From the NCBI GenBank assembly GCA_046583355.1, contig JAYGCM010000011.1:1-33793 (forward strand): a DNA stretch of 33,793 bases, written 5' to 3'. The notes under the pieces are model-generated. The model searched no databases. It was not told where the DNA came from and saw nothing but the letters and a program-made list of their open reading frames with translations. The translations under genes and the position numbers were made by a program. Source of the stretch: Deltaproteobacteria bacterium (GTDB lineage: Bacteria > Desulfobacterota > Binatia > UBA12015). Positions 8,882 through 17,504 of this stretch are shown piece after piece; position 1 is the first letter of the stretch; each line of letters opens with the position of its first letter.

Positions 8882-10962
8882 ATTCTGCCTTGGTCGGTCG
8901 CGAGCGGTAGGTCGATATGGAAACGAAGCCCGCTACCGGGGATCCGGCTGGCGGCGATATGACCGCCATGGGCCTCGATGGTGCGCTTGGAGATGGCGAG
9001 GCCGAGACCGGTGCCGCCCTCTTTGAGGGTGAAGAAGGACTCGAAGATATGCTCGAGATGTTCCTCGGCGATTCCGGGGCCGGTATCGCTGATATCAATG
9101 CAGGCGTTTCCGTTGACGCCACCGAGTTCGACGCGGATCTCCTTGGTGCCACAGGTACCTTCGAGAGCGTCGCGCGCGTTCTCGATCAGGTTGACGAGGA
9201 CCTGACGGAGTTTCTCAGCGTCGGCCTCGGCCGGCAAGGCTGCGGGCGATTGGACGACCAATTCGATGCCGGCTGAACGCAGGCTCGGGCGCAATTCTTC
9301 GGCCGTGCGGCGGGCCAGCGCGGCGAGATCGATCGAGCCGAGCTTGGGGTCGTCGCGTCGGGCATAGCGCAGGAGATCGGCGACATGATGCTCGATGCGG
9401 TCGAGTGACTCGAGGATGACGGCGTGCTCGGCCTGGAAGGGTGAATTGTCTTCCTTGAGGAGTTGTTGGGTGAGACTGCGCGCGGCGGTCGCGGGGTTGC
9501 GAATTTCGTGGGCGACTCGGGCTGTGAGTTCGCCGATCGCGGCGAGTTTTTCGGCATGTGCCAGCGAGCGCTCGATTTCAAGCGACCGGGCGAGGAGAGC
9601 CGCGCCATCGAGAACCAAGCCGATTTGGTCGGCGAAGCCTTCGATGGCTGCCAATTCCTCGCCGCCGAAACTCGCACCGACAAGATCGGCACGCATCAGG
9701 ATATGGCCCCAGAGGTGCTGCGAGCCATGCACGCAAATCACCCCGACGACGCCGGCCTGGTCGCGTGCGGAACGGAGTTCGCGCGGCAGGTGGCTCAATT
9801 CGCCACCAACCAGGGTTCGCTCGGCCAGCGCATCGGCTGCTGCGTCGCGCGGCCAGATCGCTTCGAGTTCGTCGACGTGAAAGCGGCCGTAGGTGAGCGA
9901 ACCGCCGTCGCGCCAGATGAGCGCGGCACCTTCGAGTTGCAGGGTATGGGTGAGGGCGGCCAGTCCGCGGAGGCTGCATTGCTGGATGCCGAGGTCCGGT
10001 GAGATCGCATGCAAGGCCGTGCGCAGCGCTTCTTGCCGGTTGCGTGCGCGGCGAAAAACGATCCGGTCGAAGATCGAAAACCACCATTGCAGGCCGACGC
10101 CGATCAGCAGCAAGCCCGCCGTCGAGCCGAGGAATACCTGCACCCAGAAACGCTCGCCCTCAGGTAGCCAGGAGGTCTCCCATTGGAGCAGCAAGGCAGA
10201 CGCAACGCCGGTGGTGATAAAGCCGATGCCGACCAGCGTGTCGCGCAGCACGGCACCCAGGCTGCGCATGGCGAAGGGTGCGGCGACAAGCGCGCCGAAG
10301 AGTGCCATCAGCCAGCCAACCGAGACTACGGGCGCGTCTACACTCTGCGTCAGAACTACGGCGAGGACGGTGATCAGACAGGCGACCGCAGCAGTGGCCA
10401 TGACCAGCAGGGGGCGCGCTGTCGAACCGAAGGGTGCCTGCCAGGCCGCAGCCCGCGAGGTGCGTCGCAGCTGACGTGCCGTCAGCGCGAACATCGCGAC
10501 CATGTAGCCATAGGTCACCACGACGTAGAGGTGGATACCGAGGATCTCCTCGTAGGCGAGTACCGGAAAAACCAGGGCGAATAAGCTGACGCCGGCTGCG
10601 AATCCATAGTTGAGCGCGAGCCAGCGGGCGCGCACGGGCGGCGGGCTTGGCTGGAAATAATGCGCCATATGCCGAAATATCGCGACGGCCGCGAAGCCGG
10701 CCATATCGTTGGCCATGAGGAGGTAGGCGCCGAGGAAAGAACGCGTGGGATGCAGCGAGTCGGGCGCGAGCGTGGAGACACCGGCGGTGAGATAGGCGAT
10801 CGAGACGGCGATCCCGAGCAGGGAATGCAGGCGTGCGATCGGGCCGTGAGCGCGGCCGGTTTGCAAGGCGATCCAGCCCTGCCGGGCGATCACGCCCCAG
10901 ATGAGCATGATCAGGAAGAGCACGCCGCCAAGGACGAGGTTGGAGAACGGAATTGTGGTCAC
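8878..10962 (-). CDS. membrane sensor histidine kinase (multi-TM N-terminus, GAF-like region, HisKA and HATPase)
   Basis: H-box VAHEIRNP, N-box QVLVNLIENA, DTGPGI, FFTLK and GTGLGL; many hydrophobic segments. GTG start at 10962 follows GGAGG. Confidence 0.92.
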   Translation of the reverse strand: MTTIPFSNLVLGGVLFLIMLIWGVIARQGWIALQTGRAHGPIARLHSLLGIAVSIAYLTAGVSTLAPDSLHPTRSFLGAYLLMANDMAGFAAVAIFRHMAHYFQPSPPPVRARWLALNYGFAAGVSLFALVFPVLAYEEILGIHLYVVVTYGYMVAMFALTARQLRRTSRAAAWQAPFGSTARPLLVMATAAVACLITVLAVVLTQSVDAPVVSVGWLMALFGALVAAPFAMRSLGAVLRDTLVGIGFITTGVASALLLQWETSWLPEGERFWVQVFLGSTAGLLLIGVGLQWWFSIFDRIVFRRARNRQEALRTALHAISPDLGIQQCSLRGLAALTHTLQLEGAALIWRDGGSLTYGRFHVDELEAIWPRDAAADALAERTLVGGELSHLPRELRSARDQAGVVGVICVHGSQHLWGHILMRADLVGASFGGEELAAIEGFADQIGLVLDGAALLARSLEIERSLAHAEKLAAIGELTARVAHEIRNPATAARSLTQQLLKEDNSPFQAEHAVILESLDRIEHHVADLLRYARRDDPKLGSIDLAALARRTAEELRPSLRSAGIELVVQSPAALPAEADAEKLRQVLVNLIENARDALEGTCGTKEIRVELGGVNGNACIDISDTGPGIAEEHLEHIFESFFTLKEGGTGLGLAISKRTIEAHGGHIAASRIPGSGLRFHIDLPLATDQGRI

Positions 10963-11155
10963 GCGGGGATTCCTCCGCAAATCTCCTGCCAGCCGCCACG
11001 GCGGGGGCAAAAGGGGAAAGTGCCCGCTGTGGGCGCGCTTTGCCTTGGCTGCATCATTGGACTGCCTAATCTCCTATGCAGGACAGTGCAGTAAAGCGTT
11101 TTGTCAGCGGCTGGCGAAATCGTGTGGAAATCCGGCCGAAGTTCTGGGGCGGGCC

Positions 11156-12088
11156 TCATTGCTGCACGGCGGCAGCCTCGCGCCGGAAGGTCTCTTCAAG
11201 GCCGGCGCGGAGGCTACGCGGTTCCCAGCCCAACTCGCGCCGGATCCGGCTGGTATCGAGAAACGGCCGCACGGGCACGGGCAGCGGGATCAACAAGGCG
11301 GACCGGCGCCCGCCGGCGGCCTTCCAGGCAGCGGCGAAATCCCAGAGGCTCTCGTTGCCGCCGGCGACATTATAGGCCCGCCCGATGCTCGCCTCGGTCG
11401 CCAAGGATTGCAGCGCGGCGGTGGCGACATCGCCGGCGTGGACCAATTGCATACGGGTGAAGGCCGGGAAGAGAGAGATTGTGGGGCGTAGCAGGCGGCG
11501 GACAACGGGAATCAGGTTGGGGTCGTGTGCGCCGAAGATTCCCGACGGCCGCAGCGTGGTGAGGGCGAGGCCGTGCTCGGCGGCCAACTCCCAGGCGAGA
11601 CGCTCGGCGGCCGCCTTGGAGAGCGAGTAGCTGTTGGCGATGAGTCGTGGCCTATTCGGATCATGTAGCTCGGCGTCTTCACGGATCGGGCCACGGCGTT
11701 CGCGGTAGACATTGGCACTCGAGGCATAAACTATGCGTTTTACGCCACTCCTGCGGGCCGCTTCCAGGACGTTGCGGATGCCTTCGACATTGGTCCGGAT
11801 ATAGGCGGCGCGGCGTTTTCGCCGCAGCGTGTACATGCTGCCGACGCTGACCATCGCGGCAACCGAGACAATGGCGTCGCAGCCGGCAAAGCCGCGGGCC
11901 AAGGCATCCTGATCGGCAAGGTCGGCACGGCGCAATTCGACGCCGGCTGCCGCCAACTCAGGGACGCGGTCCGGGTTACGCACCACGCCAACGGGAATGG
12001 CGTGGCAATCGAGTACGGCCTGGACGATATAGCGGCCAAGGAAGCCGGTGGCTCCGGTGATCGCGATCCGCTGGCCTGCAAGGTCCAC
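11156..12088 (-). CDS. NAD-dependent epimerase/dehydratase (extended SDR)
   Basis: ITGATGFLG, YASS, YSLSK (YxxxK), LRPSGIFG and VHAGDVA. Start placed at GTG 12088 because the upstream part of the long ORF overlaps the divergent gene. Confidence 0.88.
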   Translation of the reverse strand: MDLAGQRIAITGATGFLGRYIVQAVLDCHAIPVGVVRNPDRVPELAAAGVELRRADLADQDALARGFAGCDAIVSVAAMVSVGSMYTLRRKRRAAYIRTNVEGIRNVLEAARRSGVKRIVYASSANVYRERRGPIREDAELHDPNRPRLIANSYSLSKAAAERLAWELAAEHGLALTTLRPSGIFGAHDPNLIPVVRRLLRPTISLFPAFTRMQLVHAGDVATAALQSLATEASIGRAYNVAGGNESLWDFAAAWKAAGGRRSALLIPLPVPVRPFLDTSRIRRELGWEPRSLRAGLEETFRREAAAVQQ

Positions 12089-12253
12089 GCCGCTTGTCGG
12101 TACTCGCCACCGCGAGAGTTGGCAAATTTCAGGAGGCCCGCATTCGAGCACTGTTTGCGGCCGGGCATCGGGTGCCGTGCGGCGGCGGGGCGTCTTTGGT
12201 TTGCTGGAGCCCGTCACCGCTTGGCGCGGTGGCTCTCCAGGAGGCTTCTGCTT

Positions 12254-14209
12254 ATGCGATCGATCACCCGAATTCTGCTTGTACTGGCGTGCTTTTCTGC
12301 CATGCCGCCGGCGCATGCCCAAGCGCGCCCCTACGCGCTCACCGAGGAGCGCGAGCCCTGTGCGGATTACGATCCGCTCAAGCGGCCCTTTTTTGGTGAT
12401 ACGCATGTCCATACCGCCTACTCTTTCGACGCGAGCACACAGGATACGCGCAATACCCCGCGCGACGCCTACCGATTTGCCCGCGGCGAGCCGATGGGCA
12501 TCCAGCCCTATGACGAGGCCGGCAATGCGACGCGCGTAATAAAGCTTGACCGGCCGCTCGATTTTACGGCTATCTCCGACCATTCCGAATTCCTCGGTGC
12601 CGTGCGGGTCTGTAGGACGCCGGGAACCTGGGGTTATTGGCATCCGGTCTGCATCGCGTTTCGCAACTCAGCGACTCTCGGCATCTCGCTCTTGGCCGCA
12701 CCGGGGCTGATCTACGGCTATCAATGGGGATTTTGTGGCGACGAGGGAGAGACTTGCCAGGCGGCCACCGCCGATGTCTGGGGCGAAACCCAGGCGGCTG
12801 CTGAGGAGGCCTACGACCGCAGCGCGACCTGTCGCTTCACCAGCTTTGTTGCCTACGAGTTCACCGCGAGCGTGGGCGAGGGGCAGAACCTGCATCGCAA
12901 CGTCATCTTCCGCAACGCGAAGGTCCCCGCCTTGCCTCCAAGCTGGATCGATACGCCGACGGCCTGGGATCTTTGGGATCGTCTCGAGGCGGAATGCGTG
13001 GTCGGGCTGCCGGGTTGTGACGCTCTGACGATCCCGCATAATTCAAACCTCAGCGGCGGCCTGATGTTCGAGACGGCCAAGGTCTCGCGCGAAAATGCGG
13101 TCGGGATTTTCGGCGAAGAGGCGGTGCCCGTCGGCGCGATCGGTGCCGAGGAGGCGAGGCGACGCAGCCGCTGGGAGCCGCTGGTCGAGGTGATGCAGCA
13201 TAAAGGCTCTTCGGAATGCGACCACCGCGCGGGCTGGTCGGCGGATGAGTTCTGTAGCTTCGAGAAACTTCCCTACGATCGATTCGGCGCGAAGCAGAGT
13301 GGTATGGTCGACCAAAAAGTGGCTCCGGCCAACTCTTTCATCCGCGACGCCCTGAAGCAGGGGCTAGTGAAGCAGAAAGAATTTGGCGCCAACCCGTTTC
13401 AATTCGGTCTGATCGCCGCGACCGATACGCATATCGCGGCGCCCGGATTAGTTGCGGAGAAAGACCACCCCGGACACGGCGGGGCGGGCATGGACGCGAG
13501 TTCGATTGAACAGGGCCTGTCCGACGATATCGAATTCGGCCCGGGTGGGCTCGCGGTTCTCTGGGCCGAAGAGAATACCCGCGACTCTCTCTTCCACGCG
13601 ATGCAGCAGCGCGAGGCTTACGCGACCAGCGGAACCCGTCCGATCGTGCGCTTCTTCGGCGGGTGGGATTATCCGGCCGAACTCTGTGGCGACCCGGCGA
13701 TGGTCGCCAAGGCCTATGCCGGAGGCGTGCCGATGGGCTCGGTCCTCTCGCCACGTCCGGCCGGCACGACCGGGGGGCCGCGCTTCCTCGTGCATGCTTT
13801 GCAGGATGCCGGCACCGGTAAGGACGCCGGTCTGCCTCTGCAGCGCATCCAAATCGTCAAGGGCTGGTTGGAAGACGGCGAGCCGCAGGAGCTGGTTCTC
13901 GATGTCGCTGGCGGCGCCAATGGTGCGAGCGTCGATCTTGCCACCTGCGAGCCGCAGGGTGCGGGTGCGAGCTCACTCTGCCGCGTCTGGACCGACCCGG
14001 ATTTCGATCCGGCCGAGGGCGCGTTCTACTACGCGCGGGTGATCGAGAATCCGAGCTGTCGGTGGAACCAATACCTCTGCAACCAGGCCAAGGTCGATTG
14101 TGCGGATGCCGCAGCACTTCCCGAAACGCTTGCGCCCTGTTGTGACGAGGCTTTCCCCAAAACCCTCCAGGAGCGCGCCTGGACGTCCCCGATCTGGTTC
14201 ACGCCGTAG
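12254..14209 (+). CDS. DUF3604-like secreted PHP-fold metalloprotein
   Basis: AGGAGG RBS and signal peptide; GDTHVHT, LDFTAISDHSE, NLHRNVIF, IPHNSN, DTH, YATSGTR, FYYARVIENP and ERAWTSPIW. Confidence 0.85.
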   Translation: MRSITRILLVLACFSAMPPAHAQARPYALTEEREPCADYDPLKRPFFGDTHVHTAYSFDASTQDTRNTPRDAYRFARGEPMGIQPYDEAGNATRVIKLDRPLDFTAISDHSEFLGAVRVCRTPGTWGYWHPVCIAFRNSATLGISLLAAPGLIYGYQWGFCGDEGETCQAATADVWGETQAAAEEAYDRSATCRFTSFVAYEFTASVGEGQNLHRNVIFRNAKVPALPPSWIDTPTAWDLWDRLEAECVVGLPGCDALTIPHNSNLSGGLMFETAKVSRENAVGIFGEEAVPVGAIGAEEARRRSRWEPLVEVMQHKGSSECDHRAGWSADEFCSFEKLPYDRFGAKQSGMVDQKVAPANSFIRDALKQGLVKQKEFGANPFQFGLIAATDTHIAAPGLVAEKDHPGHGGAGMDASSIEQGLSDDIEFGPGGLAVLWAEENTRDSLFHAMQQREAYATSGTRPIVRFFGGWDYPAELCGDPAMVAKAYAGGVPMGSVLSPRPAGTTGGPRFLVHALQDAGTGKDAGLPLQRIQIVKGWLEDGEPQELVLDVAGGANGASVDLATCEPQGAGASSLCRVWTDPDFDPAEGAFYYARVIENPSCRWNQYLCNQAKVDCADAAALPETLAPCCDEAFPKTLQERAWTSPIWFTP

Positions 14210-14290
14210 AGGCCCAGGCGGCGTACTTTCCGGCCGGGCCTCAAGGGGTAGCGGCGACGTGTGCCGCGAATCCGCGCCGCATGTCCTTGT

Positions 14291-15151
14291 TCAGCGAATC
14301 CAGGCGAGGTCTCTGGCGCGGCGGTTGCGGTTGGCGACGAGGCTGCGGTGTTCGGGCAGGAGGCCGTTGCGCGCCTCGATCGCGGCGTTGATTTCGGCAA
14401 GGAGGTCGCCTGCGGGTGCCTGGCCTTGCTCTTGGCGCGCTGCGGCGATTGCTTCATCTAGTGCTTCGATGGCTGCCGTGAGCGTCGCGAGCTCGGCATC
14501 GAGCTTGCTGATCTCTTCGCGCGCGCTGCGTTGCAGCCCACGCACCACACGCGAATCCTCGCGGTGGAAGTCGGCATGGCGGCGTTTGGTGGTCTCGCGC
14601 TGCTCGGCCAGCAGGCGATCGATATAATCCTTGCAGGATTTTTTGCCGCTCCCGCGGATTCGCTCCGCCGCGAGACCGCGCTCGATGCGAGCGGCAACCT
14701 CGTCGAGGCCGCGCAATTCGATCTCGACATGCCGATATTCGTGCAACTCGACGGCCGTGGCGTAGATCGCCCAATTGCGTTTATCGTCTGCGCTCAGCGA
14801 ATGCGTGGCGCGGTGGCGCGGTAGCGTGACGACGATCTCCAGACTCAGCCGGAGGTTGGTGACGCGGCAGGCTTCTGCCTCCGGCGCTTGCATTTCGACC
14901 TCATAGCGAAAGGTGCTCTCGGTTAGCCCACTGGCGCCACGGCCGGGTTCGGGGCCGAGTTTTTGGCGCGCGATCGATGCGAAAACCGCGTCCGCGCTAG
15001 CGCCGCTGATATCGAAATACTGGTCCCGTACACTGCTGGCGCGATGGACGTCGGCAGCGCCGGCCGTGGTCGCGCAGGCAAGCAGCAGTGCAAAGAGAAG
15101 GCGTAGGCTACGAATTCGCGGCCTCCCGGATAGCCGAGATGGTCGTGCCAT
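14291..15151 (-). CDS. secreted zincin-type peptidase (DUF922-like) with C-terminal coiled coil
   Basis: Signal peptide, YFDISG, VTLP and HEYRH (HExxH), then a heptad-rich C-terminus. Start is uncertain (44-bp overlap with the end of rpe). Confidence 0.65.
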   Translation of the reverse strand: MARPSRLSGRPRIRSLRLLFALLLACATTAGAADVHRASSVRDQYFDISGASADAVFASIARQKLGPEPGRGASGLTESTFRYEVEMQAPEAEACRVTNLRLSLEIVVTLPRHRATHSLSADDKRNWAIYATAVELHEYRHVEIELRGLDEVAARIERGLAAERIRGSGKKSCKDYIDRLLAEQRETTKRRHADFHREDSRVVRGLQRSAREEISKLDAELATLTAAIEALDEAIAAARQEQGQAPAGDLLAEINAAIEARNGLLPEHRSLVANRNRRARDLAWIR

Positions 15152-15773
15152 AATCATCACCATTGAAGACGGCCGAGCCCGCGACGAAGACTTCGATGCC
15201 GGCAGCGGCGCATTCGCGTGCGTTATGAGCCTTGATGCCGCCATCAATCTGAATATCGTATTTGTAGCCGTGCTGCTTGCGCCACTCCACGAGCTGGCGT
15301 GCTTTGTCGAGCTGGTCGGGTAGGAAGCTTTGCCCGCCGAAGCCCGGCTCGACGCTCATGATGAGCACGCGCTCGACCTGACTGACGACTTTCTCGATGG
15401 ACGCAAGCGGCGTGCCGGGGCGCATGGTGATGCCGGCACGTTTGCCGAGGGCATGGATTTTTTCAATCGTATCTTCGGGGTCGGGGCAGGCCTCGATATG
15501 CACGGTGATCGAATCGGCTCCCGCGCGCGCGAACTCTTCGAGATAATCCCAGGGGCTGTCGATCATCAGGTGGACATCGAGTTCCAGTTTCGTGACCGGG
15601 CGCAGGGAGGCAACGACCAGCGGGCCGATGGTGATATTGGGCACGAAATGCCCGTCCATTACATCGACATGGACGATGTCGGCGCCGCCGGCTTCGGCGG
15701 CACGGACCTCGTCGCCCAGAATGCTGAAATCAGCGGAGAGAATCGAGGGTGCGATACGAGCGTGGGTCGACAT
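15108..15773 (-). CDS. rpe: ribulose-phosphate 3-epimerase
   Basis: IAPSILSADF, HVDVMDGHFVPNITIG, DVHLM, MSVEPGFGGQSF, IDGG and VAGSAVF. Confidence 0.98.
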   Translation of the reverse strand: MSTHARIAPSILSADFSILGDEVRAAEAGGADIVHVDVMDGHFVPNITIGPLVVASLRPVTKLELDVHLMIDSPWDYLEEFARAGADSITVHIEACPDPEDTIEKIHALGKRAGITMRPGTPLASIEKVVSQVERVLIMSVEPGFGGQSFLPDQLDKARQLVEWRKQHGYKYDIQIDGGIKAHNARECAAAGIEVFVAGSAVFNGDDYGTTISAIREAANS

Positions 15774-15844
15774 TCAAATTGTCTACCGAGCCGGCGCGCA
15801 GTGGTCGAGAGGCCCTCTCCCTTTGGCTTCCGTTCCCCGCAGCC

Positions 15845-17227
15845 TCATTCGGAATGGTGCAGGGGGTCGCGGGCGTGGCGGAACCAGACGCCGACCAAGA
15901 GCACGCAGGCAAGCGCGAGCCCGACGACAAAACCGTACCAGAGCCCGATGACGCCGAGGCCCATCCAGAAGGCCAGAGCGACGGCCAGCGACATGCCGAC
16001 CATCCAGTAGGAGAGAAGGGCGATGCGCATCGGCAGGCGGGTCTCGCCGAGCCCGCGCAAGGCACCTACGGCGACGACTTGCGTGCCGTCGACGAGTTGG
16101 AAGGCGGCCGCGACCGTCAGAATCGAGGCCGCGATCGTGATGACGGCCGTCTCGTCGGTGAATACGGCCGCGATCTCCCGGCCGAAGAAGAGGAAGGCGG
16201 CGGCAAAAACAAACATCATGATGCCGCCGCAGACGATTGCGGTCCAACCGGCCAGGCGGGCCCCCGGTCCGTCGCGCCGGCCTACGGCCTGGCCGACGCG
16301 GACCGCAGCAGCCGAGGAGATTCCCAGGGGGGCCATGAACGAGAATGAGGCCGCGCTGATCGCGATTTGGTGGGCGGCCAGCGGCACGGAGCCGAAGCGG
16401 GCGGCGAGCAATGCCGCGACGTTGAAGAAGCCGCTCTCTAGCAGGATCTGTCCTGCGGCGGGAAGCCCGATGCGCACGATTCGGCGCAGCAAGGGCATTT
16501 CGATCACGAAGGGGGTCTGTAGAAGTCCGGTCGCGTTGCGGCGTGCATGCCAGAGGGTATAGGCCGCCAGCGCGACCATCATGAAGCATCGCGAGGCGAC
16601 GGTTGCCCAGGCGGAACCCGCGGCGCCCAGCGCAGTAAATCCCAAATTACCGAAGACCAGCAGCCAATTCACGAGGGCATTCAGCACATTGGCGAATAGC
16701 ACGATGACCATGAAGGCCCCGACCAGATTCATGGCTTGGAGGTAGCGGCGTAGCGCCATGAAAAGCGCAATTGGCGGCATGCTCAGGGCGGTAATCGCGA
16801 GGTAGGTTCGCGCGGTTGGCAAAACATCCGAGGTCACGCCGATCCAGCCGAGCAGATTGCCGGCCGCAACCATGCCGCCCATCAGAAGAAGCGATGACCC
16901 CAGCGCCAGGAAGAGGCCTTGCACCAATGCGCGGTGGGCAAGCTCGGGCTCGCGCGCGCCAACCGCTTGGGCGACTACGGTATCGAGCCCGAAGAGAAGG
17001 CCGAGCCCGCCCGCCATGAAAAGGAAAAAGACGTTGGCACCCACGGCGACCGCACCCATGGCGACCGCCGAAACGCGCCCGACCATCGCGGTATCGACCA
17101 GGCCCATGCCCATCCAACCGAGCTCGGCCACCATGACCGGTGAGGCAAGCCGCGCGAGCCCACGGATCTCGGCAAGGTAGGGACGTGTGTTACGTATTCG
17201 GGATTTTGTTACGTATTCTGGCGGCAA
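15845..17227 (-). CDS. MATE family efflux transporter (NorM-like)
   Basis: VDTAMVGR, LDTVVAQAVGA, LVFGNLGF, RIGLPAA, LAAHQIA, AVRVGQAVG and GALRGLGETR; about 12 TM segments. TTG 17227 is the only conventional start upstream of the conserved region. Confidence 0.92.
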   Translation of the reverse strand: MPPEYVTKSRIRNTRPYLAEIRGLARLASPVMVAELGWMGMGLVDTAMVGRVSAVAMGAVAVGANVFFLFMAGGLGLLFGLDTVVAQAVGAREPELAHRALVQGLFLALGSSLLLMGGMVAAGNLLGWIGVTSDVLPTARTYLAITALSMPPIALFMALRRYLQAMNLVGAFMVIVLFANVLNALVNWLLVFGNLGFTALGAAGSAWATVASRCFMMVALAAYTLWHARRNATGLLQTPFVIEMPLLRRIVRIGLPAAGQILLESGFFNVAALLAARFGSVPLAAHQIAISAASFSFMAPLGISSAAAVRVGQAVGRRDGPGARLAGWTAIVCGGIMMFVFAAAFLFFGREIAAVFTDETAVITIAASILTVAAAFQLVDGTQVVAVGALRGLGETRLPMRIALLSYWMVGMSLAVALAFWMGLGVIGLWYGFVVGLALACVLLVGVWFRHARDPLHHSE

Positions 17228-17285
17228 TGGCTACTCGCTCGTCTCGATCTTTGCGCGCCAGAATACGTAACACACGTCCCTACCT
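17175..17285. repeat. 25-bp perfect inverted repeat (REP-like element) with an internal partial copy
   Basis: AGGTAGGGACGTGTGTTACGTATTC (17175-17199) is the exact reverse complement of 17261-17285. In addition, 17207-17223 pairs perfectly with 17256-17272. Confidence 0.9.
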
Positions 17286-17300
17286 ATCCCATCGCCGCCG

Positions 17301-17397
17301 TGGCGGAAGAGAGATGGAGTCGAACCATCCAGCCCCATGTATATAGCGCTCGTACGGTTTTGAAGACCGCGGCGGACACCGGCCCGCATCCTCCTCC
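17301..17397 (-). tRNA. selC: tRNA-Sec (anticodon TCA)
   Basis: 97 nt: 8-bp acceptor stem GGAGGAGG/TCTCTTCC, 6-bp D stem GCGGGC/GTCCGC with a 4-nt loop, anticodon loop CT-TCA-AA, long variable arm, T arm GATGG-TTCGACT-CCATC and a GCCA 3' end. Confidence 0.96.
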
Positions 17398-17413
17398 GTG
17401 ACGGAGTGCAAAG

Positions 17414-17443
17414 AAGCTACGTGTCGCCGAGGCCGCTGTGCAA
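17414..17443 (-). promoter_or_regulatory. putative sigma70 promoter for selC
   Basis: TTGCAC-N18-TAGCTT ending 16 nt upstream of the tRNA 5' end. Confidence 0.45.
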
Positions 17444-17504
17444 GCCGGGGGGCATTGCCGCTCGGATGCAGCCCTACTTTTCGGCTGCGCCTCCAGGCTG
17501 GCGG

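Noticed and set aside
7478..10962. PEP-CTERM PrsK/PrsR assignment for the two-component system
   Set aside because: The H-box is NtrB-like (HEIRNP) rather than PrsK-like (HDLKN), and no exosortase or EPS genes are nearby.
12089..12643. 185-aa N-terminal extension of the epimerase ORF (and similar extensions on the asd, DUF3604 and 23871-24752 ORFs)
   Set aside because: These extensions overlap neighbouring genes or promoter regions and lack homologous features; better starts exist downstream.
17286..17300. Genomic island integrated at the selC 3' end
   Set aside because: No integrase, no duplicated tRNA 3' end, and downstream genes (MATE, rpe) are ordinary chromosomal genes.
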